Shown: piece after piece, positions 27,608 to 41,785 of the stretch | Position numbering within the stretch: position 1 is the first letter of the stretch | How the letters are laid out: every line of letters begins with the position of its first letter | NCBI RefSeq assembly: GCF_006345805.1 | Contig: NC_042997.1 | Span: forward strand, 33,046,001 to 33,110,000 | DNA from: Octopus sinensis | Taxonomy: Eukaryota | Length of the DNA: 64,000 bases | Direction: 5' to 3' | The notes under the pieces: generated by a model | The model's input: only the letters and a program-made list of their open reading frames with translations | The model's database searches: none | What the model was told of the DNA's origin: nothing | Made by a program: the position numbers and the translations under genes

Positions 27608-27838
27608 TATCTTTAGAAAACTCTTCCAACATTTCACGTCCACTAGCATATCTGCTGTGTGTGAATTTGTCCATTTTCTCCACTTCCGAATAAGTCTGGC
27701 AAAAGCTTTTAGCAAAGTGGAACTCTCCTTCAGCCGGATCCCACCAGCCGTATTTCTCAGCATGTTCTTTGGTCCCTTCGGCCAGCTCATCATAGTCGGT
27801 TCCAATGGTCAGAATGTTGGATAGGTTTCTCAAGCCAG
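27608..27838 (-). CDS. SCRN: Secernin-like gene, internal coding exon
   Basis: (S)GLRNLSNILTIGTDYDELAEGTKEHAEKYGWWDPAEGEFHFAKSFCQTYSEVEKMDKFTHSRYASGREMLEEFSKD, matching secernin G.RNISN.L.I and GWWD...EF.FA and RY..G..LL. Acceptor tttcaatatttcAG, donor GTAAGT. 231 nt, phase 1/1; joins the upstream exon in frame (T+CT=Ser). Confidence 0.95.
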
Positions 27839-27954
27839 CTGAAATATTGAAACAGCATTTGTCAATGTATGAATTCATGTTTGTATATATGCATATTTAT
27901 TTGTGTGTGTGTGTGTGTGTGTGTGTTAGTGTGTGTGAGTGAATGTAATTATAT

Positions 27955-27987
<33 letters not shown>

Positions 27988-28280
27988 GTTTAACGTCCGT
28001 TCTCCAAGCTAGCATGGGTTGGACGATTCGACCGGGGATCTGGGAAGCCAGAATGTTGCACCAGGCTCCGGTCTTATCTGGCAAAGTTTCTATGGCTGGA
28101 TGCCCTTCCTAACGCCAACCACTCCATGAGTGTAGTGGGTGTTTTTTACGTGCCACCTGCACTGGTGCCAGGCGAGGCTGACATCGGCCACGGTCGGATT
28201 GGTGTATTTTATGGAAGCCAGTCAAGGCGGCACTGGCTTCGGCTACGATTCGGATGGTGCTTTTTACGTGCCACCGACAC
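27955..28280 (-). mobile_element. RTE 3' UTR fragment (representative of many copies)
   Basis: (CAT)n-cgtttaacgtccg..ctagcatgggttggacg..ctggatgcccttcctaacgccaacc. Further copies near 6805-7050(+), 24590-24755(-), 31156-31585(-), 32505-32912(+), 37080-37220(+), 42372-42563(-), 44157-44490(-), 52670-52960(-) and 61440-62000(+). Confidence 0.8.
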
Positions 28281-29254
28281 GTGTAAAATACCTAGTCTCA
28301 ACGTGTTGTTAATCTTCCATAACAACTATTTCAATACACCTGCTCTTACTGACCCTTATATTATGGCTGCTACTGTATGTATTACCATCATCATGTTAAC
28401 TGCCACTTTTCCATACTTGCATGGGTCAGACAAGACTGGACATATTTTCTGCAGTGAATTGCACACAAATGACACCATTTCTATGAACAACAGCTTTTTG
28501 TTTACAATCCACACACACAACAAGCTTCTTCCATTTTCCCCTCCAATCAAGTTCATTCATAAGGTGCTGGACAACGTGTGGCCATCGTAAAGGATCTAGC
28601 CAGGGTGTACATGCAGTGAGAGCAAACACTAAATCACATGGTTTCAAAGTGAATTCCTTAACCACAAAACCATGCCTACATTTAGAAATTTTCTAAGGAA
28701 TAATATAAGCCAGTAGTGAAGTTGTGTGGCCCAGTGGTTAGGCTGTTGCACTCACAACTGCTATATCATGGGTTCAATTCCCAGACTGAGTGGTGCATTA
28801 TGCTCTTGAGCAAAACACTTCATTTTACATTGCTTCAGTCTCCCTCTAAGCTCGCTCGCCTAACCAGCAGGGCGATGTCATTCAAAGGTGAAAATACAAA
28901 GCGCATTGTGACCAGTGATGTGTAACAACATCTGAGCATCTGGTCAGTTACATGATCATGCGATAAACTTCTAACAAATCTTACTGTACAGGATACACAA
29001 CCAGAATGAATTACTATATGGCATTGTTGACCCATAGATTAACAAATGTAGAAAAACCTGTTAAATATTGCAACAAGAAATTCGAGACACCATTCTGATT
29101 ATGCTGAAATAACTCGTTATAAAACAATTGAAATTTCACTTTGTAGTAAAAGTTAAAACAGGAAAGAATATAAAATCAAAGAGCAAAACATAAACAGTAA
29201 AAAAGCACTTACTATATGTGGATATATAACTATATCTATCTATCTATCTCTATC

Positions 29255-29317
<63 letters not shown>

Positions 29318-29319
29318 TC

Positions 29320-29363
<44 letters not shown>

Positions 29364-29405
29364 GTCTGTCTGTCTGTCTATCTATCTATCAGCCTGTCTG
29401 TCTGT

Positions 29406-29454
<49 letters not shown>

Positions 29455-31155
29455 CATCATCAGTTGTCAAGTGATGGGGGAGAGCGAACACACACACACA
29501 AACACATATGTTTATGTATATACATACTCATACATATATGATGGTCTTCTTTCAGTTTCTGCCTACTAAATCCACTCACAGAGCTTTGGTTGGCCTGAGG
29601 CTATAGTAAAAGACATTTGCCAAGGTGCCATGCAGTGGGACTGAACCCGGAACTATGTGGTTGGGAAGCAAGCTTCTTACCACACAGCCATGCCTGCTTC
29701 TATGTGATCTGATTTAATGTATTTCTTTTAATTCTGAAGAAGAGATCTAGTTTTGGCAATGTCTTTGAATACATTTAGAGTTAGCAAACAGGTTAAAGAT
29801 AATGCATGTTTCGGACTGAGCTATCTTGATTTTAATTGTTTAAATAGATGTAAGTGTGATAAATGTTTTGCTATTTCTTTGACAGAGGAAAATCATTGGT
29901 GTACTTAGAAGGTCTGTGAAGGATAAATAAGTGTCCATTGAGTGAACAATAAGTGGGGTAATTTAGATTAAAAAAAAAAATTAAAATATAGAATGGCGCA
30001 GGAGTGGCTGTGTGGTAAGTAGCTTGCTAACCAGCCACATGGTTCCGGGTTCAGTCCCACTGTGTGGCATCTTGGGCAAGTGTCTTCTGCTATAGCCCCG
30101 GGCCGACCAATGCCTTGTGAGTGGATTTGGTAGACGGAAACTGAAAGAAGCCTGTCGTATATATGTATCATCATCATCATCATCATCGTTTAACGTCCGT
30201 TCTCCATGCTAGCATATATATATATATGTGTGTATATGTTTGTGTGTCTGTGTTTGTCCCCCTAGCTCTGCTTGACAATCGATGCTGGTGTGTTTACGTC
30301 TCCGTAACTTAGCGCTTCGGCAAAAGAGACTGATAGAATAAGTACTGGGCTTACAAAGAATAAGTCCCAGGGTCGATTTGCTCGACTAAAGGCGGTGCTC
30401 CAGCATGGCCACAGTCAAATGACTGAAACAAGTAAAAGAGTAATGGGAATAATGAGAAACAACAACAGAATGTTTGTTGACAGAACAAAGAATCAAGAAT
30501 AGAACAAAGTAAAAGCAAGATTATTCATACACCAATCCAACTCTTTCCATTGTAGATGCTTACACGCATATGTACATACATGTATAAAGAAATATGTCTA
30601 TACACATGCATGCACACACACACACACACACACACAGACACACACACACACACATACACACATGCATATATGTATACCCCCCATATACACGCATATATGT
30701 ATACCCCGGCGAGCTGGCAGAAACGTTAGCACGCCGGGCGAAATGCGTAGCCGTATTTCGTCTGTCGTTACGTTCTGAGTTCAAATTCCGCTGAGGTCAA
30801 CTTTGCCTTTCATCCTTTCGGGGTCGATAAATTAAGTACCAGTTACGCACTGGGGTCGATGTAATCGACTTAATCCCTTTGTCTGTCCTTGTTTGTCCCC
30901 TCTATGTTTAGCCCTTTGTGGGTAGTAAAGAAATATATATACATGCATGCACACACACATACATGCACACAGACACACGCACACACACATGCATATATGT
31001 ATACCCCCCCACATACACGCATATATGTATACTCCCCACACACATATACACACTCATGAATATGCAAAGGGTTAAAACATGGTGATACTGGAAATGGCAT
31101 TTTAAAAAATAATATTTTTAAATGTCTATAAGGAATTCCTGTTTTCCAGATGCCA

Positions 31156-31188
<33 letters not shown>

Positions 31189-33311
31189 GTTTAACGTCCG
31201 CTTTCCATGCTAGCATGGGTTGGACGATTTTGACTGAGGACTGGCAAACCAGATGGCTGCACCAGGCTCCAGTCTTGATCTGGCAGAGTTTGTACAGCTG
31301 GATGCCCTTCCTAACACCAACCACTCCGAGAGTGTACTGGGTGCTTTTTATGTGCCACCGGCATGGGGGCCAGTCAGGCGACACTGGCAATGACCTCGCT
31401 GGAATCTTTTTACACATGCCAGTGAAGCGACGTTGGTAACGATCATGCTCGAATGGTGCCCTTTTACATGCCACGGGCACGGAAGCCAGTTAGCTGCTCT
31501 GGCAATGATCACGCTCAGATGGTGTTCTTGGCACCCTACTAGCACAGGCATAAGTACCAGTAAGGTGATGCTGGTAATGATCATGTTTTTTATTTCATGT
31601 CAGTTGCCTACACCAAAATCTATCTGGTACTATTATCACCCAACCTTTGATGTAGATTATTTGGGATTACATTTGGCTTTTCAAAGGAAGTTACTTCAAA
31701 TTCCAAAGTCTGCTACTACCATTTCTATCCAGCTAAAAGTAGTCAGATACTTAGAGCACCTGGTGCTTAATTATATTTTTACCTTGAAAATGATAAGCCA
31801 TCTACCTATGAGCCAACTCTCTCTGTACTTAATTATAATCAATAAATGGGAAAAAATTAAAAAAATTCTAGATTTTTGGCTTTCTTCTTTTCTTTTTCCT
31901 CATGGCAGGACCTTAACAGATTAAATATTAAATATCATTAACTCTAGCAATAATGTTAAATAGCATAAAAATGTGGAAAATAACAGCTAAAACAAAAATA
32001 GCAGTAACAATAACAATAAAAACAACACCCAACAAAATATATAAAATAATTATATAGAGAAAATAACAGGCATAGTTTTAAAGGAGGGGATGATGGGAAA
32101 ATATGGAAGAAGATGAGCGAGAATGTAAGATGATACTGTAACAGATAAGTTTAGTATGCTAAATGATTTAGATTAGATTATCATCAATATGAATTCTGTA
32201 GAGTTGTTTTCTGATATATTTCAGTAAATTTAGAAAGTCATTATGTTATATGTGCTTTATTTCAGTTTAGCCAACCCAAGAGGCTTTATCATAAGCTCAC
32301 TGTTTTTAACTTTACTTTGCTTCAATGAGTGCAAGTTTATTTAAGTATATTTATATCCTGTTATTTGAATATTAATTTGTTTTTTACAAAGTCTCTAGAT
32401 ACCTAATATATTATCGTACAATAATGATTCTATTAATAATGTGGTCTTCTATTTTGCTTTTTAGTATCTGTTTAGTATCTATCGGAATCGAAATTGAACC
32501 AATCCTATGACTGGCACCCGGCAGATGCCAGGACCCCTGGACTGGAGATACGTAAAAAGCACTATCCGAATCGTGGCCGATGCCAGCGCCACCTTGACTG
32601 GCTTCCGTGTCGGTGGCACGTAAAAAGCACCATCCGAATCGTGGCCGAAGCCAGTGCCGCCTCAACTGGCTTCCGTGCAGGTGGCACATAAAATGCGCCA
32701 GCCTCGCCTGGCACCAGTGCAGGTGACACGTAAAAAGCACCCACTACACTCACGGAGTGGTTGGCGTTAGGAAGGGCATCCAGCTGTAGAAATGTTGCCA
32801 GATAAGACCGGAGCCTGGTGCAGCCTTCTGGCTTCCCAGATTCCCGGTCGAACCGTCCAACCCATGCTAGCATGGAGAACGGACGTTAAACGATGATGAT
32901 GATGATGATGATGTTTCCATGAATCTATTAGTTATAAACCTCTATAGAGTGTTATTTTGTTCATATCTAATATTTCTTTTTTTTTTTTCTGTTTAGTTAG
33001 AGAGAGCAGGGCAGAACCTCTGACCTTATATTTTTCAGACTCCTTGAGACTGGGAAGATGAAGAGAGGACATTATCCTGAAACCGGAGACCTAGCCTGAG
33101 TGTTTGCATCAGAGTGGACTCTGCTAAAGGTTACCAAGAGCCAGCAGGTGGGGCTAAACAAGGAAATGGATTCAGTCTCCCACCCACAAATTCAGACAGA
33201 AAGAACTGGAACATATACGACAAGGCATCTCATCCAATGTTTTTACATCTCTGCCAATCCACTGCCCTGGACTGGTACTTTAGTTTATTGTCTCTAAAAG
33301 AATGGATAATG

Positions 33312-33349
<38 letters not shown>

Positions 33350-33356
<7 letters not shown>

Positions 33357-33545
33357 ATCCAAACAAGAAAACACAAAGAGAAAACACAACAACGCGAGGA
33401 CGTGGAACAAATATAGTATTATTGGACGCTCAGGAAGGAAGGGAAGAAGGAGGGTTTAACGTTTCGAGTGGAGCTCTTCGTCAGAAACATAGGAGAAGGG
33501 AAGACAGAGGAAAAAAATCACCAATGGTACACACGAGGTCACATT
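33350..33545 (-). mobile_element. Short hammerhead-bearing repeat element between (TA)n tracts (Penelope-LTR/retrozyme-like)
   Basis: About 200 bp, flanked by (TA)n on both sides, with a second copy at about 46300-46520. Non-coding. Confidence 0.6.
33454..33488 (-). ncRNA. Minimal type I hammerhead ribozyme motif (Penelope/retrozyme-like), intact core
   Basis: Minus strand reads GUUU-CUGACGA-A-GAG-CUCCA-CUC-GAAAC-GUU-AAAC. It has the CUGANGA core, stem II, GAAA, a palindromic helix III (ACGU), NUH=GUU and helix I GUUU/AAAC. Confidence 0.7.
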
Positions 33546-35379
33546 TTATATATATATATATATAAAAACATTTGCAGCGTGGAAGGTGTTTATGAGCCAT
33601 TTCAGAAACACACAAAAACCGTTAGATTAACTTCAATATTGGGAGTACTAGGGTCAACTTCTTAACCCCATAGCCATGCTTGCTCCGATCAAAAGGATCG
33701 AAGTCCTTCCTGAACCATAGTTCATGTGGTTGGTTCCCCAGTTTCTGTGGTGAATGTATTATCCCCTGGATGGGATGCTATTCCATTGTAGGATTACTCA
33801 CTTTTACCAGCTGAGTGGACTACAGCAACATGGAATTAAGTGTTTTGCTCAAGAACACAACTCATCACCTGGTCTGAGAAGTGAAACCACAATCTTATAA
33901 TCATAAGTGCAACACCTTCACCACAAAGCCATGCACCTCAATGCCTACTCTTGATAAGCTTTATGTGAATACAACAGTTTAGTATAATTCACCATTTTAG
34001 TAAGATGTAGCATCACTGTAAGGCTGACCAGTGATTCATTGTTAGGCAATGCTGAGTTCAGTTCTTTTGGCAGGAAAGATGTTGTTTGTGATGGACTGAC
34101 ATCCTATCCATAGAGATTGTTTTCTCTCCTGATTTGGTCAATACTATGGAAAGCCAGGATAGTTCTTGGATTACTGAACTACAATTAATTCTAAAAGAAA
34201 ACAACAATAGAAAAATTTTCAAAATTTGACATTTTGTTTTGTTTCTTATTCTTTGTACGTTTTCTTTTTTCCCTTTCTAAGTTTGAACTTTTCATTTCAA
34301 AAGAAAGAATCAGATCTAATCTGTAAGACCATATTCCTCATGGTATAGAAATGTTGACAACAAAAGCAATTCTAAATAATTGCTGCTGCAAATTTACGAC
34401 ATTCTTTTATATTCTGTTAGAAGCCACGAATTAGGAAATTTGCAACAACACAATTTCTTCCTATGATGTATCTGTTTGATTATGGAAATTCTGTCTCTTA
34501 TTCTGAAGATATAAACTGGGAATTCTTCATACAGATTGGTAAAATATATTCAAACGCAATTGATTAAAGTTTTATGTTGGAATCGAGATATGGCAGGATT
34601 GTTACAGTGTCAGATAGAGTTCTTTCTTTGAGGTAGTTGTTCCAGATCTTTAAGTTCTATGATCCAGTCCCTCCTAAGTCAACTTAGCCTTTCATTCTTC
34701 TGGGATTAATAAATCAATATATCAAGTCAGATTGATGAATTGGGAGAATTGTAAGGCATTGGACAAAATTCTTTGTAGAATTTATTCCCACATGAACATT
34801 CTGTGTTTGCCTGTGAAGACACTGGTGCTAAGCTATAAATGCTCTTGCCTACATTTGTATAATATCAGTAGCATGGAGAAGGGGGATTTGGGATTTTCTG
34901 TATAGGCAATTGCTGGTTTTCAATAAAAAACAAAAAGCTTAACCAGGCCTGTTCCCCGGAGAGGAAGGTTTTTTTTTTAGATATAAATACATGTGATCCC
35001 TTCTGACAGAGGCATAGCTGCTGAAATGAAAGTTTTAATCTGGTTATATTTGTGGATATTGGACTCATAATCATAATGTCATAGGTTCTGTTCTTGTATG
35101 GGTATGCTATGGTATGCATTGTGTCGTTGAGCAAGTTAAATTTACTCCACATTCTCCAGTTTACTCTGCTAAAATGAGTTCTAGCCTTGTCCTGGTGCAG
35201 CCCTTCCTCTCTTCATCCAACTGCTACATTCTGGATCTTTCATTGAGGCAAAGGTGGAAGGGCTGAGAGGATCTCTACATCAGCTCATAACTGCAGAGGC
35301 ACCTAAAACAACTACTAAAAGCATGAAACATTGTACTAAATCGTATTTGTTTGTGAGTGATGACAATAAGACTGTATTA

Positions 35380-36250
35380 GAAGGCACCAAGAAGAATATA
35401 AAGGAAATCGGAATAGAGTGCCCAGTAGAACTGTTACAAAAGGTTTGCTTCCTTGGCAGGGCCAGAATAATCAAGAAGGTATTAGATAGTTGAAAAGAAC
35501 AGATAGCATGGTACTGTAGGCTGCAGGCAGCAAGCCCACTACACATGCAAGACTCCAGGGGATATAACAAAACCAGAGATAAAAAATAATAATGATAATA
35601 ATAATAATAGTTACCAAGTAGTCCGAAGTGAAAGTGGCGATGACAAGATTGTTTGGAATTTGAGAGGTAATGTAAAAGTGATACCAGTTATAATCAGGGC
35701 ATTAAGGTCAATCCCATTTAAACTTCAAGACTTCTTAAAGTGGTTGAGAATACCATGCAAGGCTGGCGTCATACAAAAATGAGCCTCACTAAGTACTCTT
35801 TACTCTTTTAGTCTTTTACTTGTTTCAGTCATTTGACTGTGGCCATGCTGGAGCACCGCCTTTAGTCGATCGAGCAAATCGACCCCAGGACTTATTCTTT
35901 GTAAGCCTAGTACTTATTCTATTGGTCTCTTTCGCTGAACCGCTAAGTTATGGGTACGTAAACATACCAGCATCAGTTGTCAAGCGATGTTAGGTGGACA
36001 AACACAGACACACAAACATACACACACACACACACATACATATATATATACACATATACAATGGGCTTCTTTCAGTTTCCACTACCAAATTCACTCACAA
36101 GGCTTTGGTTGGCCTGAGGCTATAGTAGAAGACACTTGCCCAAGGTGCCACGCAGTGGGACTGAACCTGGAACCATGTGGTTGGTAAGCAAGCTACTTAC
36201 CCCACAGCACTACTACTGTGCACATTTTAAGGAAGGTATTATCTGTCTTA
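35380..36250 (+). mobile_element. Two RLE-type (R4/Dong-like) LINE 3' fragments around a (TAA)n tract; the second is split by a SINE
   Basis: KKNIKEIGIECPVELLQKVCFLGRARIIKKVLDS* followed by a (TAA)n tail, then KVIPVIIRALRSIP...VIQK*ASLST [SINE] TVHILRKVLSV. Confidence 0.65.
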
Positions 36251-37034
36251 AGTTTTTTTTTGTGACTTGACAAATGATAAAATACAATGGATGGCAACGA
36301 TGATGGTGGTGGTGGTGGTGGTAGTGGGTACTGTTCAAGAATTATTATTAATATTAACAGAGCAGGGAATTTGCCGAATTCTGAAAATAGTAAACAATGT
36401 GTTCTGTGGTATTTAGTTGCAATATTTTATGCTTTAAGTTCAAATTCTGTCATGGTTAAATTTGCTATTCATCTTTCTGGGATTGATAAATTAAAGAACC
36501 AGTTAAGTACAAGGTTGGATTGAATTTGCTATCACCATTCCTCAATATTTCTGGCCTTGTGCCAATGTTAGAAACCATTATTAATATCTAATTATTTTAT
36601 GTTATTAACTGTAATTATTGAATAAACTTTGCCATTCAACTGTCCAGTACTAATGGAGTAAGTAGCTGTTAATTCAAATAATTATAAAATTTCATTGTGA
36701 ATTTATGGCCCTGAGCCAATTTTAGAAATCTTTATATGTGTGTGTTGTTTTACATTATGAATTCAGATTCTGCCAAGGATGACTTCGCCATTCATCTTTC
36801 CTTGGATGATGAGATAAATATCAATAACGTACAGGACTCATTTTAATCTTCCCTTTTCCACCAAACATGTGGCCATATTCCAATGTAGGAATTGATTATT
36901 ATTGTTGTTGTTGAAATTATTCACCACCACCACCACCACCACCGCCACCACCACAGCCACCACCACCACCACCACCACAGCCGCTGCCACCACCACCACC
37001 ACCACCACCACCACCACTGCCGCCGATGCCGTCG

Positions 37035-37071
<37 letters not shown>

Positions 37072-37609
37072 TATAAGAGGTGGTGGCACGTAAAAAGCAC
37101 CCACTACACTCACGGAGTGGTTGGCGTTAGGAAGGGCATCCAGCCGTAGAAACCCATGCTAGCAGACACTAAATGATGATGATGATGTGGATTGCTGATG
37201 ATGATGATGATGATGATGTGGCTTGATAGAATAATTATAATGTTAGACAAAATGCCTTGTAGTATTTGTCCCCAGCTCTTTATGCTCAAATTTCAAATCT
37301 TCTTGGAATCAAAACTTTGCCTTTCATACCTTTCAGGATCAATAAAATGACTAGTCAGGTACTGGGGTTAATTTAATTCACTAACACCGTCTCCACATAT
37401 TGTGTCCTCTCCTTATTTCTATGCTTAGTGACATTTCATGTCTTTACATTCTGAGTAAACTTTGCCTTTCATCCTTTCAAGGTCAATGAATTAAGTACAA
37501 GTTGAGCATTTGTGTCAATGTAATCAATTACTTCAGTCCCCACAAATTTCAGATCTTGTGCCTATAGTAGAAAGGATTATTATTATTATTGTTGAGGCAG
37601 AAAACTGGT

Positions 37610-37838
37610 GGCGAGCTGGCAGAAATGTTAGCGCGCCGGGCGAAATGCTTAGCGACATTTCGTCTGCCGTTATGTTCTGAGTTCAAATTCCGCCGAGGTC
37701 GACTTTGCCTTTCATCCTTTTGGGGTCGATAAATAAAGTACCAGTTTCGCACTGAGGGTCAATGTAATCGACTTAATCCCTTTGTCTGTCCTTATTTGTC
37801 CCCTCTATGTTTAGCCCCTTGTGGGCAATAAAGAAATA
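37610..37838 (+). mobile_element. SINE family B (Deu/Nin-like central domain), full-length copy with an 11-bp TSD
   Basis: B box gagttcaaattc, central gtcgactttgcctttcatcc..ggggtcgataaa..agtaccag, TSD agaaaactggt. Other copies near 30708-30934(+), 40519-40734(-), 43912-44141(-) and 61578-61806(-). Confidence 0.85.
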
Positions 37839-38937
37839 AGAAAACTGGTAGTGTTCAGACAGCTGGAACGAAAACTCTATTGAAACAGTCTAATGACTAC
37901 CAGTTCATGCTTTAAGGGCATTGAGTCACAGAGTTGATAGGGAACCGATTAAATAAGTTAAAGTGTGATGTACTAACTGACATTTGCAAAGAAATTCTCA
38001 AATAAGTGAAATTTCCTTATTTGCTAGAGAAAGTAAACAATGGACTTTTATATATCTGTTATCTTTTGCTTTTATTTGTTTCAATCAATGAACTGTGGCC
38101 ATGCTGGGACAGTGCCTTGAAGGATTTTAGCCAAATGAATTGATTCCAGTGCTTATTTTTAAGTCTGATACCTATTCTAAGAGTCTCTTTTGCCCCCAAA
38201 TCACTAAGTTAGAGGGATGTAACCAAACCAACACCAGATCTCAAGTGGTGATAGAAAAACACAGACCCAAAGACACACATACACACATAGATACACATGC
38301 CTATATATATATATTTATGATAAGCTTCCATCAAATTCACTCATCAGGCATTGGTCAACCTGGGACTATAGTAGAAAACACTTGCCCATGGTACCATCCA
38401 ATGGAAGTGAACCCAAAACCATATTGTTGTAAGGTGGGGTTTTTAACCACACAGCCAGAAAAATAAGTTACTAATCATTTTTGGCCAGTCATGGCTCAGT
38501 GGTTAGTGCTTCAGGCTCACAATAATGAGGTAGTGAATTCGATTACCAGACTATGCTGTGTGTAGTGTTCTTGAGCAAGATACTTTATTTCATGTTGCTC
38601 CAATTCACTCAGCTGTGGAAATGAGTTGTGATGTCACTGGTGCCAAGCTGTATTGGCCTTTCCCTTTGCCTTTCTCTTGGATATCATCGGTGACATGAAT
38701 AAATTTGTTTTAATAAATGGACTGTGGCCATGCTGGGGCAGTGCCTTGAAGGATTTGAGCCAAATGAATTGATTCCAATACTTATTCCAATACGCTGGTA
38801 TGCGTGGGCTACTGCTGGTCTTCCATAAACAACCTCGCTCCAACTTGTCTCTCACAGGGTAACTTTCTAGGTACAATTCCATGGTCATTCATGACCGAAG
38901 CAAGGTGGGGGGCGGGGTCTTTAGTTTGCATATTGAA

Positions 38938-38972
<35 letters not shown>

Positions 38973-39499
38973 AAAAAGTAAATAAATGAACTAAAGTAAA
39001 TAAATAAAATGAACTAAGGGAAGAACTCAAGTGTACTTAAGATATATTCTCTTGCAGTAATTAGGTCATGTCATTTTACATTCTGATTTCTAATCCCACT
39101 CGAATCAACTTTGTCCTTTATCATTTCAGAGGGCATAAAATAAGAACCAATCAAGAACTGTAGTCAGCCTAATTGATTCAACCTTTCCTCCTTATTTGTA
39201 ACCATATTGCAGCGGATGTTTGTTTATATAATCACCTTAGTGGTCTATTTGTACATGATTATATGTTTATTTGCATGTGTGTTTAAGTGTATGAATTAAT
39301 GCCGAGAGAAATAAAATCAATTTGATTTATTCATTCCTATTCACCCTCTGCTAAATGTGTGACTAGAATGAAATTGCACAGATTATCTATGAAATCAGGC
39401 TGAGATATTGAGGAAATATTAAAATGAAAGAAGGGGAGAAGATCATGACATTGTAAGTGCGTAAAATGGACAGCTATGGTATCCATGAACATATTTATG

Positions 39500-39501
39500 A
39501 A

Positions 39502-39547
<46 letters not shown>

Positions 39548-39548
39548 A

Positions 39549-39645
<97 letters not shown>

Positions 39646-39850
39646 ACTATCTATCTATCTGTCTGTCTGTCTGTCTGTCTTCCTGCCTGCCTGTCTGCCT
39701 GTCTGCCTGCCTGCATGTCTGTCTGTCTGTCTGTCTGCCTGCCTGCCTGTTTGCCTGTCTGTCTGTCTGTCTGTCTATCTATCTGTCTGTCTGTGTCTGT
39801 CTGTCTATCTGTCTATCTTTCTATCTGTCTGTCTGTCTGTCTGTCTATAT
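39500..39850. repeat. Compound (TCTG)n/(TCTA)n/(CCTG)n microsatellite
   Basis: Direct reading. Confidence 0.97.
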
Positions 39851-41785
39851 CACCTATGTCTATGCCTCTGCCCCCAATCTGTCCCTGGCAAACATCCTCT
39901 CCCTGCCTCCTCCACAACCTATACCTATACATTCAATCCGATCCTGATGATCCCACCCAACAACTTACTTTTCTGTCACCCATCTCACAACCTACAACTC
40001 ATTTTTCTAATGCCCATCTATTCATCACAACAGAACTACCCATTCAACTACTTCCTTTTTCACACATCCTTTCTACCTTCCATTACCTCCTTATTTCCAC
40101 CGAACACCCTTTTTTCAGCTCCCCTTTATCTGAAAATGCCTCATTTTGCCAGTGGCAGCTCTCTCTCTTTCCCTCATTACCTTTGACACCTCCCACCATT
40201 TCCTGCCTCATGTACCTCTGACTTTGCCCTTAGTACTGTGCATCTCTCTTTCACACCAACCCCATTCACTACACATCATCTTGCTACCAACTACTACCTC
40301 CCCGATCCACATCTATTTCCTCCATCTTCCTCTCCAACAGATATTTATGATTGACCTTGCCTCTACTCCTGTTCAACACTTATTGCATCTTCTTCTACTC
40401 ATCTGCTTTAATCTCCCATAAACTCCACCCCCCGCATATTACTTTTCTATATTCATCTTCCTCTAATTTCTGGAGGCACATAGCTTAGAAGTGAGGTGTT
40501 AGAGTCATGATTATAAGATTTATTTCTTTATTGCCCACAAGGAGCTAAACATAGAGGGGACAGACAAAGGGATTAAGTCAATTACATCGACCCCAGTGCG
40601 TAACTGGTACTTAATTTATCGACCCCGAAAGGATGAAAGGCAAAGTCGACCTCGTCGGAATTTGAACTCACAACGTAACGGCAGACGAAATGCGGCTACG
40701 CATTACGCCCGGCCTGCTAACGTTTCTGCCAGCTCAAGATTATGGTTTCGATACCTGGACTGGGAAACACAACTTAGTTTCAAGTTGCTCCAGTCCACTC
40801 TGATGGCAATAATACATAATCCTGTGACGGACTGGCTTTCCATCAAGGGAGTAATATACGCACCACAGGAACCAGCAAACCAACCCTATAAATCTATACA
40901 ACTTGGGGAAAGGTCTCTAGTTTGAGGGTGTGCCCTGACACATCTTCACTATCCTTCTTCTTTCCCAATGGGGGTAACCATCTATCTCCCTTACACCAAG
41001 ACAGATGAAGAAAGAGCAATGGGCATATATGCCATATTTCGAGAGATTTTGCTCCTTCATCTCATTGTTTGTTCGGATACAAAACGTGGTCACAAAAATC
41101 AGTGCTGGCTATATTTTCTATAGAATGTATGTAGAGATTGCCTTAACAAGTGATGTAAAGCACACTGCTAATACAGTAAAACATGGTAATGGCTTGTAAA
41201 AAATATTTAACATACTTTTTAGTATATTATGTTTGCATAACGAAATACTGCATCCCTACAAGTTAATATTTACGTACCAGCTTCCAGGAACCAGCTTCCA
41301 GGAGTGTGTTTAATATGTAAAATTGGTATTTCCAATAATGTTGCATCTCTGTATTTAGTGGCTATTTAAGCAATGTGTTTATCCTTCAAAACTTCCATGC
41401 TTTCTGAGATTCGCCAACACTACACCTGATTTTCTCCCCTCCATAAACACACAAGCATGTATCTGACTCATACATTGTTCGCTTTCCAGACATTTGTACA
41501 TTACTGCATGTACTTTATGCGCACTTTCTGACAAGTTGTGGTGCTCCTGAGCACTGTATACAATAATTTCATTATTATTATTATTATTATTATGATTAAA
41601 GGGTTATAGGGTGTTGATGAAGGAGCAAAAACTGCTGAAATATGGCATTTCAAATGCAGTAAAGCTGTAAGGACAGCAGAGCAAGATTAAGTATTTACAC
41701 TTGTAAGACAGGTAAAAGTTGCCAGCAGATACTGGCTGAGTGCTCTAACCATTAAGCTAAATGGCTCCTGATGTCAATTACAGTT

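Noticed and set aside
39880-40470. C/T-rich stretch with several ORFs, possibly an old retroelement
   Set aside because: No diagnostic motif could be read with confidence.
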